A DNA stretch of 64,000 nt from Myxococcota bacterium (lineage in GTDB: Bacteria > Myxococcota_A > Polyangia > Nannocystales > Nannocystaceae): assembly GCA_039028615.1 (NCBI GenBank), contig JBCCHT010000012.1:1-64000 (forward strand), read 5' to 3'. Positions 18,801 to 28,166 of the stretch are shown in pieces; position 1 is the first letter of the stretch; every line of letters starts with the position of its first letter. The notes beneath the pieces are model-generated. The model was not told the origin of the DNA. It made no database searches and was given only the letters and a program-made list of their open reading frames with translations. A program made the position numbers and the translations under genes.

Positions 18801-18996
18801 TGACGCCGTGCGGCCAGCGTCACACCGGTCGATGTGAGCGAGCGAACCAACCGCGGTTAATCGTGTGAGGAAGGCCGCCAACTTCGCGAAGACCTCGGCG
18901 TTTCTCACGGCGGGCTTGGCGTTGCGTGCACCACCGTGCACGGCCGATCGCACGCAACGGCATCATGCGATCCGTCTTCGCCGATCTCGCATGCGA
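18801..18996. other. Cluster of palindromes and inverted repeats (candidate structured RNA or operator array)
   Basis: Perfect 10-bp palindromes at 18849, 18882, 18934 and 18987; perfect 10-bp inverted repeat 18920-18929/18950-18959. Confidence 0.55.
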
Positions 18997-19034
18997 ACTC
19001 GGCACGTCGCCCTCCGAGGGCGAACGGCGACCGG

Positions 19035-19448
19035 TCAGGTGCTCGCGCGACAGACCTCGCCCGGTCCGTCGGCAATCGTCACGCAGGTCATGCCATCGGG
19101 ACAGCCGCCCTTGCCCGCGCCGCCCTTGCACCGGATCTCGCACGCGAAGAACTCGGGACCGCGCGGGCCCGCGATGCCGTAGTAGCTGATGCACTCGCGC
19201 GGCGGTGCACAGGGCTCGCCGTCGCAGTCGGTCGCACCGGGTTCACCCGCGGAAGGGTCGGTCGGCGTCTCGGGATCGGCGGGTGTCTGTGGGTCGCTCG
19301 GGTCCGCGGGCGGCGGCGTCTCGGGCTGCGCTGGCGTGCCTTGCTCGGGCGGCGGGCTCGACCCGTCGGCGGCCGGCTTCTTGCCCCCGTCGCAGCCCAT
19401 CGCGACGACCAACGACAGGGAACACAGGGCGACCGCGAGACGCTGCAT
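19035..19448 (-). CDS. Small Cys-rich lipoprotein
   Basis: Lipobox VAMGC, Pro-rich linker, C-terminal YYGIAG..GP.F..CEI.C domain with 8 Cys. Confidence 0.8.
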   Translation of the reverse strand: MQRLAVALCSLSLVVAMGCDGGKKPAADGSSPPPEQGTPAQPETPPPADPSDPQTPADPETPTDPSAGEPGATDCDGEPCAPPRECISYYGIAGPRGPEFFACEIRCKGGAGKGGCPDGMTCVTIADGPGEVCRAST

Positions 19449-19602
19449 GCCGACGACGATAGCCCGTTTCGACCCGGGCTCGCGCGGCACGATCCGGGCG
19501 CGCTCGCGCCCGTGTAGCCGAGCGAGCCCGATCTGGCCACCGGGGGTCCACGGAAACGGCTTTCGCCGGCAATGCCGGGTCCTGCGTGCTAGATCATGAT
19601 CA

Positions 19603-20370
19603 GTGCTGACCGTCGCTTCCCTCCTCGCCGCGATGACCATCGCGGGTGCTTTTTGGGTCGGCGTCCTCGCGGCCCGGCGCCTGCGCGACTGGGGTGAGGG
19701 GCGTCGGGCTCTGGAGGAAGGCGGCCCCGCTCCGCTGGCCTTGGCCGCGGTCTCGGGCGCCCCCCCCGACGACGATGCCACCCGTCGGGTTCGGGCCCTG
19801 GTGGCGCAACGCCTCAAAGACCACCAGTGGAGCGGCGACCGAGCCCTGCCCCGCGCCTCCGGGTCCAGCGATCGCAGCGAGTCCTCCGCGGGCGAACGCG
19901 AAGACGCTCGGCTGAGCACCCTGCGGGTGGGCGACGTCGTCGTCCTCGACGGGGCGGGCACCGAGGTCGGCAGCGACTTCATCGTCGAAGGCGTCATCAA
20001 CCTTCGCGAAGGCGGCACCACCACGGTCGTCGCCAACTTGGCCGACGGCGACCGTCGTCGCTGGCTCGTCGGCACCGAGTCCCAGCCCCGCTGGCTCCTG
20101 CTCGAGCCCGTCACCGACCACGGCCTCTCCGGCGAGCCGCCTCGCAACATCCGGCGCCCGGGTGGCCTGTACAACCTCGAGCGTCGCGGCCAGGCCAGTG
20201 CCGCCTGCGTCGGCTCGCACGATCGCCCGCCGCAGTCTCGCGCCGCCACCTACCTGTACCGCGCCGCCAGCCGCCAAGTGCTGTGGCTCGAGCGCTGGGG
20301 CACCGAGGTCGTCATGGGCGAAGGCGAGGCCATCGACGCCTCGTCCGTCTCGTTCCTCCCCGGGTCCTGA
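19603..20370 (+). CDS. DUF4178-like membrane-anchored protein
   Basis: N-terminal TM; LRVGDVV, L.DG..RRWL, LERRGQA, LWLERWG pattern. Confidence 0.6.
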   Translation: MLTVASLLAAMTIAGAFWVGVLAARRLRDWGEGRRALEEGGPAPLALAAVSGAPPDDDATRRVRALVAQRLKDHQWSGDRALPRASGSSDRSESSAGEREDARLSTLRVGDVVVLDGAGTEVGSDFIVEGVINLREGGTTTVVANLADGDRRRWLVGTESQPRWLLLEPVTDHGLSGEPPRNIRRPGGLYNLERRGQASAACVGSHDRPPQSRAATYLYRAASRQVLWLERWGTEVVMGEGEAIDASSVSFLPGS

Positions 20371-20439
20371 GGTTCAGCCCGAGCGCCTCGGGAGGCGATG
20401 ACGCCGCGCTCGTCGACGAGCGCCGCGTTGCCCCCAACG

Positions 20440-21549
20440 TCATTCGCAGGACGTGCTGTCGAAGCGTTCGCTCTGGATACGAAACGACGCGGCCGTACCT
20501 TCGGCCGCCGACAAGCGAAGCGTGTAGTTCCCAGCCGAAAGACATGCTGTCAATCCGAGCCAGGCGCCCGCATCCTGGGGAAGGGACGCGTCGACTTCAT
20601 CGCACGCGGCGTCGCACTGCCGAAGCCGAATCCTCGGGTCCGCTTCAGGGTTTTCCGAGTAGATGTCGAACGAGTATCGGCCGTCGGCGGGGACGTTGAG
20701 CGACAGCATGGTCCAAATCTCGCCAGAGCGAGGCCCCAACGTCGTGGGTTCGTCGCATCCCACTCGGACCGAGAGGTCGACCTCGTCGCCATCGTTTGCC
20801 GGAAACTCGATCGGGTTTCGTCCGCAGTCGAATCCGTCGTAGCGAAAATGGGTGGAATCGCAGATCGGATATTCCGCCTCGTAGTCTGCGATCATCTGGT
20901 CCATCGAGATGCCGACAACCGCCTCGACCGACGCCGCCAGGCCTTCGTAGTCATCGTCGATGGACGTCGCGTCTGCGAGCTGGACGAGCGCCTCGTCTCC
21001 GTAGAACGCCGGCAAGTAGGATACGAAGTGACCGAGTCGCGGGTAGTGAACTCCGTCGGGGAGCAAGTAGGGCCCCGTGTCCCGGAGTACGGTTTCGATA
21101 TCGCTGTTGTCGACATGTCCCGCCAAAACTCGGTCGTCTCCGAACGCCACGGCCAAGCCCTCTTCCAGGCCCCGCTGGGCGCGACCATCACGAGCAGCAT
21201 GGAAAAGCTCGTGCTCGTCCAGGCGCAACACCGAGAACGCGATGGAGCCATCCGCACAGCCTACCGTGGAGCCTTCACAGTAGTCGTTGAGCGTCGTCCC
21301 TGGTGTCCAGACATAGTCGACGGTCGCGACCGGACGGTTGAACAACGCTCCGATGTGAGCAGCACGCTCGTCCAGATGTTCGAACGTACCGCTACAGATT
21401 CGATCGATCGGCTCGTTGCTCCGGTACCGGAGGTCCTGTCCCTCCCAAACAACCGGAGGAAGCTCCACGGGGTCGGGTCGGCATGCCGCCAACACCAACC
21501 CCGCACCGAGAGCACCCGACCGGCTACTTCTTCTTCTCGTCGCGGTCAC
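20440..21549 (-). CDS. Lipoprotein, putative gluzincin metallopeptidase
   Basis: Lipobox LAAC; HELFH followed by LEEGLA. Confidence 0.7.
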   Translation of the reverse strand: MTATRRRSSRSGALGAGLVLAACRPDPVELPPVVWEGQDLRYRSNEPIDRICSGTFEHLDERAAHIGALFNRPVATVDYVWTPGTTLNDYCEGSTVGCADGSIAFSVLRLDEHELFHAARDGRAQRGLEEGLAVAFGDDRVLAGHVDNSDIETVLRDTGPYLLPDGVHYPRLGHFVSYLPAFYGDEALVQLADATSIDDDYEGLAASVEAVVGISMDQMIADYEAEYPICDSTHFRYDGFDCGRNPIEFPANDGDEVDLSVRVGCDEPTTLGPRSGEIWTMLSLNVPADGRYSFDIYSENPEADPRIRLRQCDAACDEVDASLPQDAGAWLGLTACLSAGNYTLRLSAAEGTAASFRIQSERFDSTSCE

Positions 21550-21958
21550 TGGGCATCAAACTGCCGAAGAACGCCCCGAGCGTCTCGCTCGCGGCCCCGA
21601 TGGCGCGGTTGGCCTCGGTCTCCGCCCGCCCGAGCGCCTCGGCCACCGTGCCGTCCTCGATGGCCTGCTTGCCGCGATTCACCGCCGTCTGCAGGTGACC
21701 GAAGACCGTGCCTTCGTGATCGTTGACCGCCGCCTTGCCCTTGACCTCGTCGGTGACGAAGGCCGTGCCGCACGACGAGCACTCGAGCACGTGATGCGTG
21801 CCGTGGGTGAACATCTCCACGAAGTAGAGCCGAAACTGCTTGGACACGACCCGCTCGGCGAACTCGGTCGTCTGCGTGCACTTGGGGCAAGACCGAGTCA
21901 CGCGCACGCCATCGGCCACGGGCTCGGTGCGGTGCTTGTCGCCGAAGATGACGAACAT
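21524..21958 (-). CDS. Zinc-ribbon domain protein (zinc_ribbon_15-like)
   Basis: MFVIFG start, CPKC ... FRLYFV ... CSSC. Confidence 0.8.
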   Translation of the reverse strand: MFVIFGDKHRTEPVADGVRVTRSCPKCTQTTEFAERVVSKQFRLYFVEMFTHGTHHVLECSSCGTAFVTDEVKGKAAVNDHEGTVFGHLQTAVNRGKQAIEDGTVAEALGRAETEANRAIGAASETLGAFFGSLMPSDRDEKKK

Positions 21959-22030
21959 ACTCCATAGGGTAGCACCCGGCCGTCGCCCGGGCGGGGCACG
22001 AACGAACCACTTCCGATAGCATCCCGCGGG

Positions 22031-22819
22031 ATGACGTGGCTCTATCCAGTCGGAGACATCGCGCAGGCCGTGGCGGACGCGGCGATTAGCGAGGCCATCG
22101 AGTTTCACGGAGAGTATGGCGAGTGCGACGACATCACGCCGCTCGTCACCGCCGTCGCGAAGCTCGGGTTGCCCAAGGCGACCTCGCTGTGCATCCACCC
22201 CGAGGTCGACGGCGCGGAGTATCCCCTCGGCGACCTTCGACCCCTACGCGCAGGGCTGCCTTCGCTGGAGACGCTCGACGCCCGTGGTGTCCTCGAACGC
22301 ATCGCGGGGATGCCCACCCTGCGAGAGTGTCGCCTGTGGGTGACCCCGCTGAACGACGCGGCGCTCGCCGACCTCGAGTCGGAGTCGTGGCCGATGCTCG
22401 AGTCGCTGATCATCGAGGTCGACGCGTCCCCCTACCCGGAGGGCTTCAGTGTCTCGGGCGACGCGAGCCGACTCCACGAGCTCGAATGGCCACAGTGGCG
22501 GCTGCCCCGGCTCCGCGCGCAGCAGCTCCCCCAGCTTCAGACGCTCGAGCTATGCGCCAGTCATGATGCGTACGTGGTCCTGCAGCACCTGCTGACGGAA
22601 GCCGAACTGCTCGCACGACTGGATGCGCTGAAGATCACGGCCGGGTACATCTCTCGCCGCACCGCGCAGCTGATGCTCGATCACGCCGAGCAACTGACGG
22701 GCATCGAGGAGCTCGACATCGACCCTCACGTGGGCTGGGCGGTCGACCGGGAGTTCGCCGACACGGTCGAACAGGCCCTGCCCAACGTCATGGTGTCGCC
22801 GAACATCGGGTACGGGTAG
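22031..22819 (+). CDS. Leucine-rich-repeat-like hypothetical protein
   Basis: Repeated LPSLETLDA / MPTLRECRL / WPMLESLII / LPQLQTLEL units. Confidence 0.6.
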   Translation: MTWLYPVGDIAQAVADAAISEAIEFHGEYGECDDITPLVTAVAKLGLPKATSLCIHPEVDGAEYPLGDLRPLRAGLPSLETLDARGVLERIAGMPTLRECRLWVTPLNDAALADLESESWPMLESLIIEVDASPYPEGFSVSGDASRLHELEWPQWRLPRLRAQQLPQLQTLELCASHDAYVVLQHLLTEAELLARLDALKITAGYISRRTAQLMLDHAEQLTGIEELDIDPHVGWAVDREFADTVEQALPNVMVSPNIGYG

Positions 22820-22828
22820 TGGCAGGCT

Positions 22829-23620
22829 TCAGCTGCGCTGGCGTCGACGGCCCTGCCAACGCAGCAAGGGCCCGAGCACGCGGCCGCTGGCCGGGGCGAG
22901 GTCGGCGGCCTTGGCCATCCACCCCCGCGAAGGCGGCAGCAAGACCTCGAGCGGCCGCTCCTGCAGCGCCCGGACGATGGCGTCGCTGACGTCCTGCGGG
23001 CTCAGCTCGCGGGGGCCGGAGAAGGTCATCGCGGCCGCTGCGACATCGCGCTGAACATCGAGCATGGGGGTGGCCACCGCATCGGGGCAGACGACGGAGA
23101 CCGCGACGCCGTGCGGCTCGAGCTCGAGCGCCATCGACAGCGAGTAGCCGCGCACGGCGTACTTCGTGGCGCAGTACATGGCCAAGCCGGGCACGGGGGC
23201 CAACGCCGCCAGCGAAGCCACGTTCACGATGTGCCCCGCCCCGCGCTCCAGCATGCCAGGCAGCACCGCTCGCATGCCGTACATGACGCCCTTGAGGTTC
23301 ACGTCGACGTGCAGGTCGATGGCGTGCTCGGGCAGCTCGTGCGCCCAGCCGGGGATCAGCACCCCGGCCACGTTGATGAGCGCGTCGAGACCATCGAAGA
23401 CCTCCCCCGCCTCGTCGACCGCCGCGGTCCAGTCGTCGGGACGAGTCACGTCCAGGCGACGCACGCAGGCTCGCTCGGCAGGCCAGCGCGCGGCCAAGCC
23501 GGCCAGCGGCGCCTCGTCTCGATCGGTGGCCATCACGCGGTGTCCGCCGTCGACCAGGGTCTGCGCGAGATTGCGGCCGATACCGCTGGCACAGCCGGTC
23601 ACCAGGATTCGCATGCTCAT
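22829..23620 (-). CDS. SDR family oxidoreductase
   Basis: TGCASGIG, NVAG, NVAS, YCATK. Confidence 0.93.
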   Translation of the reverse strand: MSMRILVTGCASGIGRNLAQTLVDGGHRVMATDRDEAPLAGLAARWPAERACVRRLDVTRPDDWTAAVDEAGEVFDGLDALINVAGVLIPGWAHELPEHAIDLHVDVNLKGVMYGMRAVLPGMLERGAGHIVNVASLAALAPVPGLAMYCATKYAVRGYSLSMALELEPHGVAVSVVCPDAVATPMLDVQRDVAAAAMTFSGPRELSPQDVSDAIVRALQERPLEVLLPPSRGWMAKAADLAPASGRVLGPLLRWQGRRRQRS

Positions 23621-24702
23621 GCCCCGCCCGGTCGCGTCGCGGTGCCGTAGTTCAGCTCACCCACGTAGAAGCTGGGCTTGATGCCCGGCGACAGACGATG
23701 GGGAGTCATCTCGGAGGACGGCGCCACGTTGAAGAAGTCGGCGTTGCGCTCGGAGCAGCCGGCGATTTCCTTCTCCTGCACCATCGACAGGTACTGATCG
23801 ACGGCGCCCTCGAGTGTGTTGCCGTTGAGCACGACCTCGGCCCCGGTGACCGAGGCATAGCGCCGCAGGCCGGGGATGCTGGACTTGTCGGGGGAGTAGG
23901 AGTCGGCGCTGACCCCATTTTCGCTGATCACGAACAGCCCGGCCGGCGTGTGCACGACGATGGAGTGGTTGCCCTCCGTGTGCCCCGGCGTGCGGACGAG
24001 CGCCACGCTGTCCCCCAGCATGACGTCGTCGTCGAGCAGGACCACGCGATCTTCGGGGACGCCCTCGGTGCCGTGCGGGCAGTACCAGTCGGCCTGCGTC
24101 GGCAGCAGCCCCTGCGCCGACACCCACTCCTGGCGCATGACCAGCAGCTTGGCGTTGGGAAAGAACGCCTTCCGGTTCGCGGTACCCAGCCAGCCGCGCA
24201 GGTCCTGCGTGTGCAGGTGGTCGTAGGTGATGTAGTCGATGTCCTCGGGGCGCAAGCCGAGCTGGTCGAGGCATCCCGCGACGTCGTTGCGGTCCGGCCA
24301 CATCAGCTGCGCGACCGCGCCCTTGACCCCGCCGACCTTGCGACCGAGCCGATCGAAAAAGGGCGTCTTGGCGTTGCCGTCGCGATCGAGCGGTTCCGCG
24401 AGCAGGGTCTTGATCCCCTGCGGCGTGTCGAATTGCACCACGAAGAGCCGGTTGAGGATGTGGATGTAGGGCGTGGGCACCGAGCACGCATCGCGCAGGG
24501 CGTAGCGGGTCGGGTACGGCACCTTGACCAAGTCGAAGGACCGAGTGAAGCGAGCGACGGGCCCGTCGAGCATCTGCTCGCGGAAGGCTCGGGCCTGCCG
24601 CCGGATCGCCGCCAGCCGATCGATCGGCGTCGGGTGCCGACGAACCCCATCGAAGTGGTCGACGGGACGAATGAGGGGGTCGTCGTAGTTCGTGGTGCTC
24701 AC
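23617..24702 (-). CDS. Metallo-beta-lactamase-fold protein
   Basis: YITYDHLHTQD and TPGHTEGNHS; ATGA overlap with the SDR gene. Confidence 0.8.
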   Translation of the reverse strand: MSTTNYDDPLIRPVDHFDGVRRHPTPIDRLAAIRRQARAFREQMLDGPVARFTRSFDLVKVPYPTRYALRDACSVPTPYIHILNRLFVVQFDTPQGIKTLLAEPLDRDGNAKTPFFDRLGRKVGGVKGAVAQLMWPDRNDVAGCLDQLGLRPEDIDYITYDHLHTQDLRGWLGTANRKAFFPNAKLLVMRQEWVSAQGLLPTQADWYCPHGTEGVPEDRVVLLDDDVMLGDSVALVRTPGHTEGNHSIVVHTPAGLFVISENGVSADSYSPDKSSIPGLRRYASVTGAEVVLNGNTLEGAVDQYLSMVQEKEIAGCSERNADFFNVAPSSEMTPHRLSPGIKPSFYVGELNYGTATRPGGA

Positions 24703-24782
24703 GGCCGCGAGCGACCGTACGGCGCGCCCTCGCTGTGGGTCAAGCAACCCCGTGCTCGACGAGCTAGCATGGTGCCGTTCCC

Positions 24783-27700
24783 GTGAACGACGAAGACCAG
24801 CCGTCCGTGGAGACCGCCACCGCGACCCCCATCACGGTCGCGGCGGAGACCCGGTCCAATCCGCGCGTGGGTCGTTCGATGCCGCCGACGGAGACGCCTC
24901 GAGGCTCGCGCGAGCAGGTCGCGGCGGGCGCTCGCATCGACCGCTTCGTCGTGCTCAACCCCGCCGGGGCAGGCGGCATGGGCGAGGTCTATGCCGCCTA
25001 CGACCCAGAGCTCGATCGCAAGGTCGCGCTCAAGCGCCTGCGCGCGGAGAACTCGGGGCCCAAGGCCACGAGTCGGCTCCGTCGCGAGGCCCAGGCCCTC
25101 GCTCGCCTGACCCACCCCAACGTGGTCGCGGTGCACGACGTCGGCACCCATGCCGGCCAGGTCTTCGTGGCCATGGAGTACGTCGAGGGCGAGACGCTCA
25201 AGGCGTGGCTCAAGCGTCACCCGCTCGAGCGTCGCGACCGAGCCACCGTCCTCGAGATGCTGGCCCAGGCCGGCGCGGGGCTGCTCGCCGCCCACGAACA
25301 GGGGCTGATGCACCGCGACTTCAAGCCCAGCAACGTGCTGGTCGGTCGTGACGGGCGGGTCCGCGTGCTCGACTTCGGCCTGGCCCGTCCGGTGACCCCG
25401 CGGCGCTCGTCGGACGATCGCACCGAGCCCGGGTACGCGCAGGATCAACCGAGCGGCACTCCGATGGACGTGGAGCTGACCGCCACGGGGGCCATCCTCG
25501 GCACCCCGGCCTATATGGCCCCCGAGCAATTTCGCGGCCGCGCGCTCGACCACCGCACCGACCAGTTCTCGTTCTGCTTGGTCGCCTGGGAGGTGCTCTT
25601 CGGCCGACGCCCCTTCAAGGGCTCGGAGGCCGAGGCCTACCTGTCCGCCATCAAGCGTGGGGTCCCGGCCAAAGCCCCCTCCCATGGGCCCGTGCCCGCC
25701 GAGCTCGAGCAAGCCCTGATCCGGGGCCTGGCCTACCGCCCCTCGGCCCGTCACCGCTCGCTGCAGCCCGTGCTCGATGCCCTGGGCCGAGTCTCGAAGC
25801 CCGCCGCCAGCCGCACCACCCGACGGATCATCGGCACGATCGCGCTGCTCACCGTGGCCGGGACCGCGGCGGCGGCCTATCGCATCGGGGCGGGTCAGGT
25901 CGCCGACATCTGTGCGGGCGCCGAGGCGGCCTTCGACGCGGCGTGGGGCGACGATCGGCGGCAACGGGTCGAGAAGGCGCTGTCCTCCTCCCCGCTCGAC
26001 TTCGCCGACTCCACCTGGCAGCGGCTCGAGCCTACCCTCGACGAGTACCGAGATCAGTGGACCGCCTCGCACCGCGATGCCTGCGAGGCCACCTCGGTCC
26101 GCAAAGACCAGAGCAGCGCGATGCTCTCGATGAGAATGGCGTGCCTCGACCGCTCCGCCCGGGCCGTCACCAGCTTCCTCGACGTGCTGGAAACGGCCGA
26201 GCCCGACGCGATCGAAAATGCGCTGACCTCCGCCTACCGCCTGCCTGCGATCGACCACTGCGACGATCTCCGTCAGCTCAGCACCGAGGTCGAGCCGCCC
26301 TCCGATCCCGAGGTCGCCGCCCGCGTCGGCCAGCTGCGCGACCAGCTGGCGAGCATCGGGGCCCAGGTGGATGCGGGCCGCTACGACCACGCGCTCGAGC
26401 AGCTCCAGCGCATGCGCGGCGACGTCGAGAGTGCAGGCTATCGCCCGCTTCGCGCCGAGCTGTTCGCCCTGCTCGGCCGCGCGCACGGACACCTCGACGA
26501 GAGACGCCAAGCAATCGAAGCGGACGTCGAGGCCTACGTCGACACCCGCGCCAGCGGACGGACCCTCGACGCCCTGCGCATCGCCACCGCGCTGGTCCGC
26601 CACGCTCACAACCGCGACGAGCTCGAGTCGCTCGCAGCCTGGGAAGCGGTGGCTCGCGCCGACGCCGAGCGCATCGACACGCCCGTGGCCCGCTACTACG
26701 CCGCCGCTTCCGAGGTCCTGCTCGCCGATGCCCGCGGCCAGGTCGAGCTCGCGGCGTCGCTGTCGGAGCAGGCCGTGGCCGAGGCCGAGCGCGGCACCTC
26801 GTACCCCAACCTCATCGAAGCGCTCGGGCAGCACAGCCACATGCAGCTGCTCGCCAGCGAGTACGACACCGCGGCAAAATCGATGAGCGAGGCCATCGCG
26901 CTGGCGATCGATCACTGGGGCCCCACGCACCCCCGGCTGGCCCGGCTCCATCGGCTCCAGTGCGACTCGCTCACCAACGTGGGGCGCCACGCGGAAGCCC
27001 AGGCCGAGTGTGAAAAGGCGGTGAGCGCCTTCGAGCTCAACCATCACCCGCAGTCCAAGGCGCTGCCCACCGCGCTCCACAGCCTGGCCTTCGCGGTGCG
27101 CTACCAGGGCAAGGTCGACGAGGCGGTCGCGCTCCAGAAGCGAGCGTTGTCGCTGCTGCTCGCGGGTGACGACGACGCGCCGATGATCGCCATGGTCCAG
27201 CTGGCGTTGGCCCAGACCTACCGCCGTCGCAACGAGCTCGAGCCCGCGCTCGAGCTGCTCGACGAGGCCCAAGACCGCCTGTCGCGGGCCGGAGACGCCC
27301 GCCGCGACAACCTCGGCTCCGCCTTCTACACCCGAGGCCTGGTCCTTCGCGACCTGCAGCGCCTCGACGAAGCCGACGACTACTTCCGCCAAGCGCTCGA
27401 GATCTGGCGCGAGACCCTGGGCCCCGAGCACATCAACGTGGGCCGAGCGACGCTGGGCATCGCCTCCGTCCTCGACTCCACGGGCGACCCCCTCGAAGCG
27501 GCCAAGCTCGTCGAAGACCTGCTCCCGCTCTACAAGCGCAAATTCCCGCAAGAGCTCCACGTCCTCGAAAACCACCTCGGCATCTCCTACGCCCAGGCCG
27601 GACAGGTCGAGCGGGCACTCGTTCACCACCTCCGCAACCGCGAGCTCGTCGCCGCGATCTACGAGCCCGACAACCCCCGGGTGGAAGACGCCGACTTCAA

Positions 27701-28094
27701 CATCGGGTCGACGCTGCTCGATCTGGGCCGACCCGAGGAAGCGAAGCCCTACCTCGATCGCTCGTACCAGCTCCGAACCGAGCGCCTCGAACGCGAACAC
27801 CCTCGGCTGCTCTCCTCCGTGGAGGCGCAGTGCTATCTGTACGACGCCCTGGGTCACCACGAGCAGCTGGTGCCCACGTGCAAGTGGATGCTCGAACTCC
27901 TCTACGAGGCGCCGTACACCCCGATGCAAAAGGCGGGAGCCAAGTTCACCGTGGCCAAGTTCCTGTGGAAGGCGCCCGGGGCTCGCGCGCAGGCCCTCGC
28001 GATGGCCCGCGAGTGTCGAGAAGAGGCCATCGCGGCCGGCGATGTGCCTCCCGAAGAGCTCCTCACGTGGCTACGAAGCCACCGCGTGCCCTGA
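24783..28094 (+). CDS. Ser/Thr protein kinase with TM segment and TPR repeats
   Basis: GAGGMGEVY, VALK, HRDFKPSN, DFGLA, GTPAYMAPE; C-terminal TPRs (GPTHP, LGPEH). Confidence 0.95.
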   Translation: MNDEDQPSVETATATPITVAAETRSNPRVGRSMPPTETPRGSREQVAAGARIDRFVVLNPAGAGGMGEVYAAYDPELDRKVALKRLRAENSGPKATSRLRREAQALARLTHPNVVAVHDVGTHAGQVFVAMEYVEGETLKAWLKRHPLERRDRATVLEMLAQAGAGLLAAHEQGLMHRDFKPSNVLVGRDGRVRVLDFGLARPVTPRRSSDDRTEPGYAQDQPSGTPMDVELTATGAILGTPAYMAPEQFRGRALDHRTDQFSFCLVAWEVLFGRRPFKGSEAEAYLSAIKRGVPAKAPSHGPVPAELEQALIRGLAYRPSARHRSLQPVLDALGRVSKPAASRTTRRIIGTIALLTVAGTAAAAYRIGAGQVADICAGAEAAFDAAWGDDRRQRVEKALSSSPLDFADSTWQRLEPTLDEYRDQWTASHRDACEATSVRKDQSSAMLSMRMACLDRSARAVTSFLDVLETAEPDAIENALTSAYRLPAIDHCDDLRQLSTEVEPPSDPEVAARVGQLRDQLASIGAQVDAGRYDHALEQLQRMRGDVESAGYRPLRAELFALLGRAHGHLDERRQAIEADVEAYVDTRASGRTLDALRIATALVRHAHNRDELESLAAWEAVARADAERIDTPVARYYAAASEVLLADARGQVELAASLSEQAVAEAERGTSYPNLIEALGQHSHMQLLASEYDTAAKSMSEAIALAIDHWGPTHPRLARLHRLQCDSLTNVGRHAEAQAECEKAVSAFELNHHPQSKALPTALHSLAFAVRYQGKVDEAVALQKRALSLLLAGDDDAPMIAMVQLALAQTYRRRNELEPALELLDEAQDRLSRAGDARRDNLGSAFYTRGLVLRDLQRLDEADDYFRQALEIWRETLGPEHINVGRATLGIASVLDSTGDPLEAAKLVEDLLPLYKRKFPQELHVLENHLGISYAQAGQVERALVHHLRNRELVAAIYEPDNPRVEDADFNIGSTLLDLGRPEEAKPYLDRSYQLRTERLEREHPRLLSSVEAQCYLYDALGHHEQLVPTCKWMLELLYEAPYTPMQKAGAKFTVAKFLWKAPGARAQALAMARECREEAIAAGDVPPEELLTWLRSHRVP

Positions 28095-28107
28095 GCCGAC
28101 GCAATTG

Positions 28108-28141
28108 AAAGAGCCCCCGCCGACCGCAGTCGGGGGGGCTC
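28108..28141 (-). terminator. Rho-independent terminator between convergent genes
   Basis: GAGCCCCC(G)CCGAC-cgca-GTCGGGGGGGCTC stem, followed by TTTCAATT on the minus strand. Confidence 0.75.
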
Positions 28142-28166
28142 GGGCACGAGGCCGTGGCCTCGAGGC

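Noticed and set aside
24699..27929. Very long antisense and alternate-frame ORFs (also 11481-14288, 34900-37410, 37725-39746, 43609-45585 and others)
   Set aside because: Shadow ORFs expected from high GC3 codon bias; they lie opposite genes with clear motifs and have no recognisable domains
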